From positions 9,610,001 through 9,674,000 of the forward strand of contig NC_086097.1 of the NCBI RefSeq assembly GCF_963921235.1: DNA of 64,000 bases. The letters run 5' to 3'. A model generated the notes under the pieces. It did no database searches and was not told the origin of the DNA. It saw nothing but the letters and a program-made list of their open reading frames with translations. The number at the start of each line of letters is the position of its first letter. Position 1 is the stretch's first letter. This stretch comes from Mobula hypostoma. Taxonomy: Eukaryota. Both the position numbers and the translations under genes were made by a program. Below are positions 48,575-61,821 of this stretch, in pieces.

Positions 48575-50760
48575 TTACCAGAGTTCAAAGTAAATTTATT
48601 ATTAAAGCCCATTATGTTACCGGATACAGCACTGAGATTCATTTTCTTGCAAGTATGCTCAATAAATATGTAGAATGGTAACCATAACAGAATCAATGAA
48701 AAACCTCACTACCAAATACTAAAAGAAAGAAATAACGATAAACAATAAATATCAAGAGGGTGAAATGAAGAAACTTTGAAAGTGAATCCAGTTTTCGGGA
48801 ACATTTCAATATCGGGGTAAATGAAGTTGAGTGAAGTTGTCCCCTTTGGTTCACAGATCATTGAAAGATATTAACTGTTCCTGAACTTGGAGGTGTGAAT
48901 TCTGAGTCTCCTGTACCTTCTTCCTGATGGCAGCCGCAAGAAGAGAGCATTCCTGAGTGGTGGAGTCCCTGATGACGGATGCTGCTTTTCTGCGACAGTG
49001 TTTCACGTAGACGTGTTCAATGGTGAGAGGGTTTTACCCATGATGGACTGGGGTGTACCCATTACACTTTGTAGGATTTTCCATTCAAGGCCGTTGGTGA
49101 TTCCCTACTAGGCTGTAAAGCAGCCAGTCAATATACTCTCCACTACACATCTATAGAAATTTCTTGAAGTCTTAGATGGCCTGCCAAAACTTCGCTAATT
49201 CCTAAGGAAGTAGAGATGCTGCCATGCTTTCTTCATTATTACAGTTACATTCTGGGCCCAGGACAGGTCCTCTGACGTAGTCATACAAAGGAATTTGAAG
49301 TTTCTGATCTTCTCCAGCTCTGATCCTTTGATGAGGGCTGGCTCATGGACCTCTAATGACCTTCTTCTGAAGTCAAAAATCAGCTCCTTGATCTTACTGG
49401 CATTGAGTAAGAGACTGTTGTTATGGCACCACTCAGTCAGATTTTCAATCACCCTCCTAGATTCTGATTTGTCGCCACCTTTGATCCGGTATCATCAGCA
49501 AACTTGAATAAGGCATTGGAGTTGTGATTAGCCACACAATCATAAGTTTGCAAAGCTCAAGGCAAAGGCTGCAAAGGTTTTAGGGAATGTTGGTGATGGG
49601 GCCTCCTTGCTCTCATCACTGGAGATACTGGTGTAGCCTAGGCCAGTGGAATCCAGGAGATTCAAGGTTAAAAATTTTAAATTCTTTAGTGCCATTTCCA
49701 GTGAAATGTGAAGGAAAATGAAATAATTCTTACTCAGGATCCAAAGCAGTACAAAAAAAATGCTATAAGATGAAAAACGCAATGAATACGAATACATAAG
49801 ATAGCTTATATACTTACAGTAAATTGCTTATATCTACAGTATAGAAGTAGAAGAGTGTCTGCACATAAGTTGGCTCTGACATGAAACAATAAATAGTGGT
49901 GCCTGGGAGTGTGATGGGGTGGGTTAGCAGGTGGAGGTGTTGATCTAGCTCGCTGCTTGGGGAAAGTAACTGATTATGAGTCTGGTGGTCCTGTTGCGGA
50001 CGCTGCCTAGCCTCCTCCCTGATGGGAGTGGACAATCAGTCCATGAGCAGGGGAGTGGGATCCTTCGTGATGTTACTGACCCACTTCTGGCACCTTTCTG
50101 AATTTATGCCCTTGGTGGTAGGCTGGTGTCGGTAATACATTGGGAAGTTTTGACTACCCACTGTATAACCTTCCTGTCAACCGCAGTGCAGTTTCCTTGC
50201 CATGAAGTGTTAGGATGCTCTCCTCTGTACATCTTTAAAATGACATGAGTATAGGTATACAAAGTCCAACTCGCTTCAACCTCCTCAGAAAGGTGTTGGT
50301 GAGTTTTCTTGACTGGATAGAGTGTGTTCTGAGACCAGACGATGTTGTGTAAGCTGTGCACTCCTAGGAGTTTGAAACTAGTTGTAGTTTCCACTGACGT
50401 TCTATGTAAAGAGAGGTGTGAGTGGTGTGAGTGGTGTGGGTTCTCCTGAAGTAGAGAACCATCTTCTTTGCCTTGTTGACATTAAGGAATAGGTTATTTT
50501 CCTGGCACCAGGAACTTTTCCACCTCCGCTCTGTAAACCATCTCATTGAGCCCCACCACTGTCATGTCATCAGCAATGTGACAATGTGGTTGCCTCGGTG
50601 CATGGCTGTGTACTCATGTGTGAGTGGAGAGTACAGCAATGTGCTTAGCACCCAGCCCTGACGGCACCAGTGTTGAGGATTACAGGGAGAGAGGAATGGT
50701 AGTGCATCCTGAGTATCTGAGGTCTGTTGGTTATCAAGTCCAATGCCTCGTTGTACAGCA
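48575..50760 (-). mobile_element. Two decayed Rex1/Babar fragments (about 48575-49545 and 49775-50760)
   Basis: LTEWCHNNSLLLNASKIKELI; WCQENNLFLNVNKAKKMV. Confidence 0.75.
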
Positions 50761-50804
50761 GTGAGGCGCTGGCTGTCCATTCTATCTACCTCTTAATATC
50801 TTGT

Positions 50805-51705
50805 ATACAAGATATGTAGTGTATCTAAGTTTGCTGATGATACCAAATTGAGTGGAAAAGCAAATTGTGCAGAAGGAGAGTCTGCTGAGAGATATAGATA
50901 GGTTAAATGAGTGGGTAAGCATCTGGCAGTTGATAATGTTAGTAAATGCAAGGTCATCCACTTTGGAAGGGAAAATGGAAGAGCAGATTATTATTTAAAT
51001 GGTAAAAATTGCAGCATGCTGCTGTGCAGAAGGACTTGGGAGTGCTTGTGCATGAATCATAAAAGGTTGGTTTGTGGGTGCAGCAGGCAATCAAGAAGGC
51101 AAATGGGATGTTGGCCTTCATTGCTAGAGGGAACGAATTTAAGAGCAGGGAGGTTATGCTGCAACCGTACAGGGCACTGGTGAGTCCGCACCTGGAGTAC
51201 TGTGTGCATTTCTGGTCTCCATACTTGAGGAAGGATATACTGGCTTTGGAGGCAGTGCAGAGGAGGTTCACCAGGTTGATTCCAGTGATGAGGGGGATAG
51301 ACTATGAGGAGTGATTGAGTTATCTGGGACTGTACTCGCTGGAATTCAGAAGAATGAGAGGGGATCTTATATAAACATATAAAATTATGAAAGTAGTAGA
51401 TAAAATAGAGGCAGGAAAGTTGTTTCCACTGATAGGTGAGACTAGAACCAGGGGACATAGCCTCAAGCTTCGGAGGAGTAGATTTAGGATGGAGATGAGG
51501 AGGAAATGCTTTACCTAGAGAGTGGTGAATCTGTGGAATTCTCTGCCCAATGAAGCAGTGGAGACTACCTCAGTAAATATAGCTAATACAAAGTTGGATG
51601 GATTTTTGCATGGTAGGGGAATTAAGGGTTATGGAGAAAAGACAGGTAGGTGGAGATGAGTCCATGGCCAGATCAGTCATGATCTTATTGAATGGTGGAG
51701 CAGGC
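50805..51705 (+). mobile_element. CR1 3' fragment
   Basis: KFADDTK; KKANGMLAFIARG...PHLEYCVHFWSP. Confidence 0.88.
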
Positions 51706-51707
51706 TG

Positions 51708-52905
51708 AACAGGATGCTGCTCATCGACTATAGCTCAGCCTTTAATACTATCATTCCCACAATCCTGATTGAGAAGTTGCAGAACCTGGGCCTCTGTACT
51801 TCCCCCTGCAACTGGATCCTCAACTTTCTAACTGGAAGACCACAATCTGTGTGGATTGGTGATAACCTATCCTCCTCGCTGACGATCAACACTGGTGCAC
51901 CTCAGGAGTGTGTCCTTAGCCCACTGCTCTACTCTCTCTATACCGTGACTATGTGGCTAGGCACAACTCAAATGCCATCTATAAATTTGCTGACAATACA
52001 ACTATTGTTGGTAGAATCTCAGGTGGTGATGAGAGGGCGTACAGGAGTGAGAGATGCCAACTAGTGGAGTGGTGCCGCAGCAACAACCTGGCACTCAACA
52101 TCAGTAAGATGAAGGAGCTGATTGTGGACTTCAGGAAGGGTAAGATGAAGGAACACATACCAATCCTCATAGAGGGATCAGAGGTGGAGAGAGTGAGCAG
52201 TTTCAAGCTCCTGGGTGTCAAGATCTCTGAGGATCTAACCTGGACACAACATATTGATGTAGTTATAAAGAAAGCAAGGCAGCAGCTGTACTTTATTAGG
52301 AGTTTGAAGGGATTTTGCATGGCAACAAATACACTCAAAAACTTATATAGATGTACTGTGGATAGCATTCTGACAGGCTGCATCACTGTCTGGTACGGGG
52401 GCGGGTGGTGGTGGGGTGTCTACTGTGCAGGACTGAAAGAAGCTGAAGAAGGTTGTAAATCTAGTTACTTCTACCTTGGGTACTAGCCTACAAAGTACCC
52501 AGGACACATTCAGGGAGCAGTATCTCAGAAAGGCAACGTCCATTTTTAAGGACCTACAACACCCAGGGCATGTCCTTTTCTCACTGTTACCATCAGGTAG
52601 GAGGTACAGAAGTCTGAAAGCACACACTCAGTGATTCAGGAACAGCGTCTTCCCCTCTGCCATCCAGTTCCTAAATAGACATTGAACATTTGGACACCAC
52701 CTCACTTTTTTTAATATACAGTATTCCTGTTTTTGCATGTTTTTTAATCTACTCAATATACATATACTGTAACTTGTTTATTTATTTATTTATTTATTTA
52801 TTATTTTTTTTAAACTTTTTTCTCTTCTATATTATGTATTGCATTGAACTGCTGCTGCTAAGTTAACAAATTTCACGTCACATGCTGGTGATAATAAACC
52901 TGATT
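51708..52905 (+). mobile_element. Rex1/Babar RT 3' fragment
   Basis: [39 protein letters not shown] and KKARQQLYF. Confidence 0.9.
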
Positions 52906-52954
52906 CGCTGAAGATTATAAGTTTTATATAAGGAACTGAAATGAGAGAGAACAA

Positions 52955-54230
52955 CTTCAACTTCAAATTTAGTTTATTGCCATTCAACCGTACACATGCA
53001 TATCACCAAATCAAACAACATTCCTCCAGACCAAGATGCACAACACAATACATAAAACTCACACACAGCACATGAAGTAATATTACCATTCATAAATTAA
53101 CAACTAATAAGGTGCATTTGCAATGCAAGTTAAAAAATAAGTAGTATATTGTTACTGGCACTTCTCACGTGGGGAGACTTGGGTGGTGGCAGTGAGTTCA
53201 GTAGTCTCATTGCCTGGGAGAAGAAGCTGCTTCCCATGCTAACAGTCCTTGTATGAACGCTACACTACCCACTGTCTGATAGTAAGAGGTCAAAGAGATT
53301 GTAGGACAAATGGGAGGGATTATTGACAATTCGAAGGGCCCTATGTATCCAGCGCTCCTGATAAATATCTCTGATGGATGGAAGAGGGACCCTGATGAAC
53401 CTCCCAACCATCCTCGCAATCCTTTGTAGATTCTTGCAGTTAAATGCCTTGCAATTTCAGTACCAGACTGTGATACAGCTGTTCAGGGCATCAGTGATGT
53501 TCCTGTAAAATTCAGTTACAATGAGGGCAGGAGTGGGGATTCTCACTCACCTCAATCACCTCAGGAAGTGGAGAAGCTGCTCCAAGTACTCAGTGACTGT
53601 TTTATTGCATTGAATGATTTATCTAGACATTGCAACTTTAATGAATTATTAATCTGTGTGCTGTGAGATATATTTGTGTGTAGTTTAATTGGCAAATGCA
53701 CTCATTTAAAACTCTTAATCAGAGACCTACATTTGACCTGACTTGCACAATTTCAAATTTACTGGAAGTGGCTGTGAAAAATGCAAGGGCATTTCATTCA
53801 TCATCAGGCAAGAGTATGCCAGCAGCTTGTAATCAAAAGGCAGCAACAAAATCTCCATCTTCAGGACAGGATAGTATGGAGGAAGATGCCAGAATAAAAA
53901 GTTGGTGCAAGGGAAGAGAAGGAGACCAACTAGGTGATAGGTGAAGCCAGGTGGATGGGGGAGGAAGATGAAGAAAGGAGCTGGGAGCTGATAGATGGAG
54001 AAGTTAAAGGACTGAAGAAAAAGGAATCTGATAGGAAAGAGAGTAGGCCATGGGAGAAAGGGAAAGAGGAGACATCAGGGAGAGGTGATAGACAGGGTGA
54101 GGAAAAGAGGTAAGAGGCCAGACGGGGAAATAAAGAAGGCAGAAGGGAAAAGGGGTAAAAAATAACTGAAGTTGGGAAATATTGATGTTCATGCCATCAG
54201 ATTACAGGCTACCCAGATAGAATATGACTG
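52955..54230 (-). mobile_element. Old Rex 3' fragment (about 52955-53580) and old PLE tail (about 53855-54230)
   Basis: Similarity to other copies in the window. Confidence 0.55.
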
Positions 54231-54404
54231 AATAACCAAAGGATGTTTTCAATGTGGATAACATAAATCTGATTCTAATGATGAAGAGTGAGATTTGTAT
54301 GGTATCTATATTAAAAGAAGCAACAAGATTTCAAGGCAAGTAATTAGGCAGCGGTAACGTAACAAATCAAAGAGGGAGCATTGAGGAATTAATCAATCAA
54401 TTTA

Positions 54405-54480
54405 TTTATGTATGTATGTATGTATGTATGTATGTATGTATGTATGTATGTATGTATGTGTATATTTATTTATTTATTTA
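54405..54480. repeat. (TATG)n / (TATT)n microsatellite
   Basis: Direct observation. Confidence 0.95.
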
Positions 54481-54654
54481 TGCAAAATTAAAACTAGGAT
54501 TTATATCATTGGGGCAAACAAGGCCAGCACATTATACAGATATATTGATTCATTTCTTGCATGTTCACTGTCAATGACTTGCATGAATAGACACATATAA
54601 TTCTTTGAACATTCATGCCATTGATCTCTCACCATTTAAAATACTTTATTTATT

Positions 54655-55510
54655 TATTTTTAGTCAGTATTTTTACTTAGAGATACAGCATGGAACAGGT
54701 CCACTGATCTGTGCCGCCCAGCAACATATTGATTTAACCCTAGCCTCATGACAGGACAATTTATGATGATTAATTAATCTACTAACTGGTATATCTTTGG
54801 ACTGTGGGAGGAAACCGGAGCACTGGAGGAAACTCTTGCGGTTATAGGAATGAAAGTTCAGGACTGTGCAAAACTCTTAGGCACATATACAGTAAGTAGG
54901 TAAGGGGCCTAAGACTTTTGTGCCGCACTGTATTTGTCAATGTGGAGCCGAGTATACATTCGTAAACCTGGCAGGAGCAGAGAAAAAGATGTTGGGAACG
55001 GTGAGGGTGGAGCACCACGAGAGGTGTGTGGCAGGTGGCGGACGAGGAGTTCCAGCGGGCAGGGGTTGGAATGTGTATGAAGACACACCCAGCCCTGAGA
55101 TACCAGGGAAGGTCATTTGATTCCAAACAATTGGCTTATTGATCATTACAGAATGTCTCTCTGGTGCTTCCTGCTCCCTCCCCTCTCCCTTCCCCTTTTC
55201 CCAACCATGATTCCCCTCTCACTTGCCCCTTCCCATTCTCAGACCAAAACAGAGACTCATATCAGAATCAGGTTTATCATCACTCACATATGTCATGGAA
55301 TTTGATTTTTGTTGTAGCAATAGTACAGTGCAATATATAAAATTACTAGAGTACTATGCAAAAGTGTTATTCATCCTAGCTATATACAGTATATGTGCCT
55401 AAGACTCTTACACAGTACTGTATAAACTGGCTTACCGTGGAATTGATCTCCAAACTCCAATGCCCTGAGTTGTGCCAATATTCTGTTAACCACTATGCTA
55501 CTGTGGCGCC
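54655..55510 (-). mobile_element. V-SINE split by a composite insert bounded by two about 70-bp Tc1-like palindromic MITEs
   Basis: SINE core and tail 54655-54840, head about 55430-55510; palindromes at about 54860-54932 and 55350-55422. Confidence 0.55.
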
Positions 55511-55913
55511 CTTTTATACTTTCTTTACCTATGTACCTTTGATTTTTTCCATATTATACTCCATCTGCCATATCCTTGTCCATTAGCTCACCCTGCCTAA
55601 ATTCCCTGAAGTTCTTCTACATCTTCCTCACAGTCCAGGGTACTACTACCACAGTATCATCAGAAAATGTGATTCTCTTACTGTTGAAATCCTCATCCTA
55701 ATCATTGGTTTAATTTGCTGAGAGCTGGGGCTCTACACTGCTTGCTTGCGGCATCTCGTTAGTCATAAACTCCTGCCCAAAAATTCTTCAATTTCTATTG
55801 TTCAACAAATCCTTAATGCAGAATTCAGAATCAGAATCTTGTTTGTAATCACTGTCCTGTTGTGAAACTTGTTATTTTGTGGAAGCAGTAGAGTGCAAGA
55901 TATGAAATGTTGT

Positions 55914-56240
55914 TGTCACGGTCCCAACTGTACAGTGGCAGGCAGCCAAGTTTCGGCGTTCCAATTCCCAGAAGTATGGTTAGCTGCCGCTGTCCCTTTT
56001 AGACTCAGACTGTCAATTATTGCCTGCGACATTCCTCCATGGAAAGTCTGTGCTTAAAGGCCTTGTGCTGAGCATTCAGTGCTCAATTGTAGAAGGTTCA
56101 TTTCTTGTCTACAGTTTGTGATTTGGCCTTTTGATTTCATTTGTGTTGTCTTGTTTGTTTCAAGTCTGAATCTGAGTCAATTCTGGACCTTACTTACCTC
56201 TTCACTTAGGCTCACCACCATCCATGGCTGTCTCATTATA
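55914..56240. mobile_element. Possible short solo LTR within a Rex 3' UTR
   Basis: Starts TGTCACG, ends TTATA; flanks gttgt / gttgc. Confidence 0.35.
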
Positions 56241-56594
56241 GTTGCTATAACATATAATAAGTGATATATAACTAATAAATAGTGCAAAAAGAAAGCAAAA
56301 CTGTGAGCTAGTGCTCGGGGTTCAGGGAGGTGATCGTGGAGGGGAAGATATACTTCATAAAAAAAATGTTAATTGTACATCTTCAGGCTCCTGTACCTCC
56401 TCCCTGATAGTAATAATGTGAAGAGGACAGGTCCTTATTGGTGGCAGACATTAACGATGGATGCCACTATAGAATCAGGTTTATTATTAGCGGTACGTAT
56501 TGTGAAACTATTAATTTAGCAGCAGCAGTAAAATGCAATATATGATAACATAGGAAGAAAATAAATAAATTACAGTAAATATATGTGTGCAAAT

Positions 56595-56598
56595 ATAT

Positions 56599-56636
<38 letters not shown>

Positions 56637-56645
56637 GAGAGTGTA
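56595..56645. repeat. (TA)n(GT)n(GA)n compound microsatellite
   Basis: Direct observation. Confidence 0.9.
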
Positions 56646-57069
56646 TATTAAATAGATCAAAAATAGTACAAAATCAGAAGTAATATCTATTTTCTAATAA
56701 GTGAGGTGTTGTTCATGAGTTCAATATCCATTTAGGAATCAGACGGCAGAGAGGAAGAAGCTGTTCCTGAATCACTGAGTGTGTGCCTTCAGGCTTCCAT
56801 AACTCCTTGTGGTACTATCTGAAATATTCTTCCTTTCCTATTTCTTTACCAAATTGAACATGCCGGTATTTTACATCCAATACTGTATTTTTAATTAAGA
56901 TACAAGATACTGCATATACTGGAATCTGGAACAAGCTCCTGGAGGAACTCAGCAGGACAGGCTGCTTTTGTGGAGGGAAATGGACCATTGACACCTTGTG
57001 TCTCTGGAGCTGTAATCTCAAGCTCCAGCTCATGTGCTACAGTTGCAGTGGGTTTGCAGATTCACTTCT

Positions 57070-57975
57070 GTTCAAAGTTCAAAGTAAATTTATTATCAAA
57101 GTACATTTATGTCATCATATACAACCCTGAGATTCATTTTGTTGTTGGCATTCTCAGTAAATACAAAGAAACTTAAAAATCACACACAACAAAGACAGAC
57201 AAACAACCAAAGTGTAAAAGGCAATAAACTGTACAAATACAAAAATAGGGGAAAAACAAGATAATAATAAAACCGGTCACCATCATTATGTGCCATGTCA
57301 TAGAATGTGGAGGATCATGGTCTTTCCATGTCCATGATTGTTCTTGGCAAGTTTTTCAACAGAAGTGGTTTGCCATTACTTTCTTCTGAGCAGTTTCTTT
57401 ACAAGACGGGTGACCCCAGCCATTACCAATACTCTTCAGAAATTTTCTGCCTGGTGTCAGTGGTCACATAACCAGGACTTGTGATATGCACCAGCTGCTC
57501 ACACGACCATCCACCACCTGCTCCCATGGCTTCACATGACCCTGATATGGGCCTAAGCAGGTGCTACATCTTGTCCAAGGGTGACCTGCAGGCTAGCAGA
57601 GGGAAGGAACACCTTACACCTGCTTTGATAGAGATCTGTCTCTGTCCCACCACCGTAATAATAAATAAATAAGCAACAAATATTGAGAACATGAGCGGTA
57701 GAGTCCTTCAAAGTAAGTCCATAGGTTAAGGAACACAGTTCAGTGTTGGGGTGAATGAAGTTGTCCCCTCTGGTTTAAGCAGCTGATGGTTGAGGGGAAA
57801 TAACTGTTTCTGAACCGGATGGTGTGGGCCCTGCGGTTCCTGATAACGGCAATGAAAAGAGAGTGTGGCTTGGATGGTGGAAGTCCTTGATGATGGATGT
57901 TGCTTTCCTGCAAAAGTACTTCCTTAGATGTACTCAACAGTGAGGAGGGCTTCACCTGTGATGGACTGGACCATA
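57070..57975 (-). mobile_element. Rex 3' fragment containing a short retroposon
   Basis: (ttgaact)n tail on minus; RFRNSYFPSTI. Confidence 0.65.
57272..57655 (-). mobile_element. Short non-coding retroposon
   Basis: TSD taataataaa 57262-57271 / 57656-57665; ggcaaaccacttc motif near the 3' end. Confidence 0.6.
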
Positions 57976-57989
57976 TCCACTACTTTTCC

Positions 57990-58740
57990 CTTATTCCTCT
58001 GGCACCTTCCATATACACTTTCCCCTCTGCCACCCTCATGATCTGCCTATCACCCACACTTTCCTCCCTTTGATTCCACACCTTATTCCCTTTATTCCAT
58101 TGCCTAGTCTTCTGCCCTATCAGATTCCATCTTACTCAGTGCTTTGTCTCTTCTACCTGTCACTTCCACTCCACCCCTCCACCTACACATCTTCTGCCTT
58201 TCACCTATCACCCTCCAGCTTCTGATCCCCACCACTCCCCCAAGTCTTGGATTCTGGCTTCTGCCTGACTCCTTTCCAATCCCGGTGAAGTGTCTCAGCC
58301 TGAATCATTCACTGTTTATTCTGGGTTCTTCCAGCATTTTGTGTGTGTTGCTAAGATTTCCCTTGCTGATGTGATGAAAACTAGATGTGGAGAGAATGTT
58401 TCCAGTAGTGGGAGAGTATTGGACCAAAGGACACAGCCTCAGAATACAGGGTGTCCCTTTTGAAAAGAGATGAGGAGGAATTTATTTAGCCAGAGTGTGA
58501 TGAATCAGTGGAAATCATTGCCACAGATGCTATGACTTGGACAAATGCTATCCAAGTCACTGGACATATTTTAACCAGAGTTTGATATGTTCTTGATTAG
58601 CAAGGGCATTAAAGGTTACTGGGAGAAGGCAGGAGAGTATTAGAAGGATGATGAGAGTATTAGAGTCATGATGGAATGGCAGAGTAGACTCGATGTATCG
58701 AATGACCTAATTCTGCTCAAATGCCTTATGTTCATATGAT
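57990..58740 (+). mobile_element. Old PLE tail (about 57990-58350) and CR1 3' end (about 58380-58740)
   Basis: Similarity to other copies in the window. Confidence 0.6.
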
Positions 58741-59139
58741 TAGCGCAGATAGCCCTGCAAAGAAAATGTAAATGATTATCGTGTCACCTCTTCAGGCTGA
58801 TGTCTGGGGAACTGCTGTATGTTGGTGTTAAGCATTGGAATGTAGAGACAATCATTTTCCCTGGATTGAAGACTAGGAATTTGTCTCTCTGTCAGCAATG
58901 TCCCTTTTGCCTGTGTGGTTAAAACCTGCTTTCCCCAATCTACTGAGCAATAGGGAAGTTGCTGTTTTGATGCAACTTTCCATTGGTAACTTTGCTCATC
59001 TTCCTGCAGCTGCTCACCCAGTGACTCATGTCCCTCAGCCTCCAAGTCTGTTTGTTGCTCTTTTTCCAGACCCTCCTGCTGTCTTCGAATCACCAGGTTT
59101 TGCAGAAGACCAAAAAGATTTACTAACTCCTTCATGGAT

Positions 59140-60122
59140 TGTCCCAAGCCTAGCTGCAAAAGCAGGAGGGTTGGACATGGGGCTAGCTACCCCATCCCAT
59201 AAAAACCTACTGCTGTAGAAACACCAATAGAATCTTCAAAGACCTCATTCCTGGGAGAGGAAGGATCTTTGAAAACAGGCTACACCTGGACACAGCGTGA
59301 AGAACTGGACCAGGACAGAGGACCTTGGTGAGCTGTTCCTGGTGGCCGATGCCCCAGTAGGAGAAATGGGCTTAATTAAGTAATTAATGAGATTTGCTGC
59401 AATAAATCGTCTGCTCAGGCTCTTATTATAGCAGCTTTAAATAATTCCCTCAGTATAATTACATCACTCCAAGAGGATCACAACCTGGTTTAGAGGCTTG
59501 CATTCCTTAATGACCTGGAGAGCTGTGTTAGCTGGAGTCAGGTCTTTATGCTTTGGCTCTTGGTAGGGTCACCCTTTCCACATATGTCAAAGGATAGAGA
59601 CCAGACTAGTCCTTCACGTTCGGAGTTACAGCTCAGTGCTAACATCACTGATCGGTCATAGAAAAGCAGTGCCCATTATTGGGGATCCCCATCATCCAAA
59701 TCATGCTCTCTTCTCACTGCTGCCATCAGGTATGAGGTAAAAGAGCAGTCAGGACACACTCCATCAGGTTCAAGAACAGTTACTACCCCTCAACCATTAG
59801 GCTCTTGAAAACAGGAGATATCTTCACTCAACTTCACTTGCCCCATCATTGAAATACTCCCACAACCAATTAGCTCATTTTCAAAGACTCTTCATCTCAT
59901 GTTCTTGTTCTTTATTGCTATTCATTTATATTTGCATTTGCACAGTTTGGTTTCTTCTGCACTCTGGATGAACGCCCTAGTTGGGTGGTCTTCCATTGAT
60001 CCTGTGATATTTACTATTCTATAGATTTGTTGATTATGCCCACAAGGAAACAAATACCAAAGTTGTATATGGTGACATATATGTACTTTGATAATAAAAT
60101 TTACTTTGTACTTTGAACTTGA
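59140..60122 (+). mobile_element. RTE-like UTR remnants (59140-59660) and Rex 3' fragment (59660-60122)
   Basis: gggttggacatggggcta and ggtagggtcaccc motifs; Rex UTR colinear with 30840-31345. Confidence 0.55.
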
Positions 60123-60189
60123 GTAAAACAAAACTGTTACAGGAAAAGCAATGGAGAATCTTTCTATATCTGTGAGTAGCTGTATTCTG

Positions 60190-60845
60190 TGCGCGGCCAC
60201 TTCGGAGGTGATGTCCGTTATTTGTCCAGTAGGGGATCATGCACAATTCTGATTTGATGGAGAGATAGAAGTGAGAGTATAGAGGAACATCTGGAAAACT
60301 TCTGAAATGCCCACTTTGTTGCCGCTGCTACTGTGTGGTAACCGGAATCTCGGGAGCAGAAGGCCCCGAAATCCTCGGCTTTGTGAGTTTCAGCAGCCGG
60401 GATGAGGTCAAAGGCGCTTGGCAGAGGATGGTGCTCGGGAGGCTGTATCGGAGAGGCTGGTCGGAGGCTCGAAGTTTTCGGACGGATGGACTCAGTGTTT
60501 GCTGTGGTCGGCTGCTTCCAAGGCATTGGCAAGTTGATGGTGCCTGGAGGTTTATGGCAGGGAGTTTCTCCCTTTTGCCACCTGCTATCGGGGACTCAGG
60601 AGTCGATCGACTCGGGGACTTTTGAAACCTTACTTACTGTGCCCATGGTTTGTTCTTCATCAAGTTATGGTACTGCTTTGCACTGCTGTAACTATATGTT
60701 ATAATTATGTGGTTCTGTCAGTGTTAGTTTTTGGTTTGTCTTGTTTTCTGTGATACCACTCCGGAGAAACATTGTATCATTTCTTAATGCATGTATGCAT
60801 TTCTAAATGACAATAAAAGAGGACTGAGTATTCTCATAATCTAAT
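60190..60845 (+). mobile_element. GC-rich non-autonomous retroposon, copy 2
   Basis: Colinear with 47815-48450. Confidence 0.7.
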
Positions 60846-61519
60846 ATTCCTGAGTCTCCACCAGGTACTTGCATGGCAAACAGTAGTGAAAACTGAGCTA
60901 CTGATATAAAGAAGGAAGCACTGAATACTGTCAAAGATGGAGGACCTTCATTGCTGCCCTAAATACCAGCAGCATAATAAGCAATAAATAGCTAAACAAG
61001 TATGAAAGTGTAATTATATAACTTTCCAGCTGAGGTGTATCTCTCTAGATGTATGCAGCAGTTAGTTTGTTGGAGATGGTCTGGAGAGCAAACTATTTAA
61101 TTCCAGCCTGTCGTACAATTAATTTAATAACAGACAACTATGTATAAAATGCATCGAGGTCACTCTGCAAGATGGTGCATGCATATTAAATTTCCCATGA
61201 GGTTTAAAATCTCTTTGATTATATTATGCCTGAACGAATTACTAGTGAACTATGCTTATAAAAGTGTGTCTATCAATAAGCAGCAGAGCTTTTCCATTGA
61301 AGTCCTTGACATTTACTCAGTTTTGCCCTGAACTGAGGGTAAGGCTGTGATCTGCTCCAGCTGCTCCAGGCTTCGTGTCTGAGGACTCACTTTCATTCTG
61401 AATGCTATCTGTTTACTTTTATTGTTTGCATGATTTGTATTTCTTTTCTCTCTGCATACTAGGTGCCTGACGGTCTTCTTTTTTGATGGCTTCTTTTGGG
61501 TTTCTTTGTATACGTTATA

Positions 61520-61821
61520 GTTAATAATAGGCATCCGTTAGTCTCGTGAGACCATGGATTTGCACCTTGGAAGGTGTCCAGGGCACAGGCCTGGGCAAGG
61601 TTGTATGGAAGAGCGGCAGTTGCCCATGCAGCAAGTCTCCCCTCTCCATGCCACCGATGTTGTCCAAGGGAAGGGCATTAGGACCCATACAGCTTGGCAC
61701 CGGTGTCATCGCGTGGTTAAGTGCTTTGCTCAAGGACACACACGCTGCCTCAGCTGAGGCTCGAACTAGCGACCTTCAAATCACTAGACGAACGCCTTAA
61801 CCACTTGACCACGCGCCAACC
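61520..61821 (-). mobile_element. tRNA-headed SINE with CORE-like segment and RTE-like tail
   Basis: A box TGGTCAAGTGG, B box AGTTCGAGCC, tgtgtccttgagcaaagcacttaacc; TSD cgttata 61513-61519 / 61822-61828. Confidence 0.8.

Noticed and set aside
61745..61821. tRNA gene
   Set aside because: No acceptor stem or T-run terminator; it is a SINE head.
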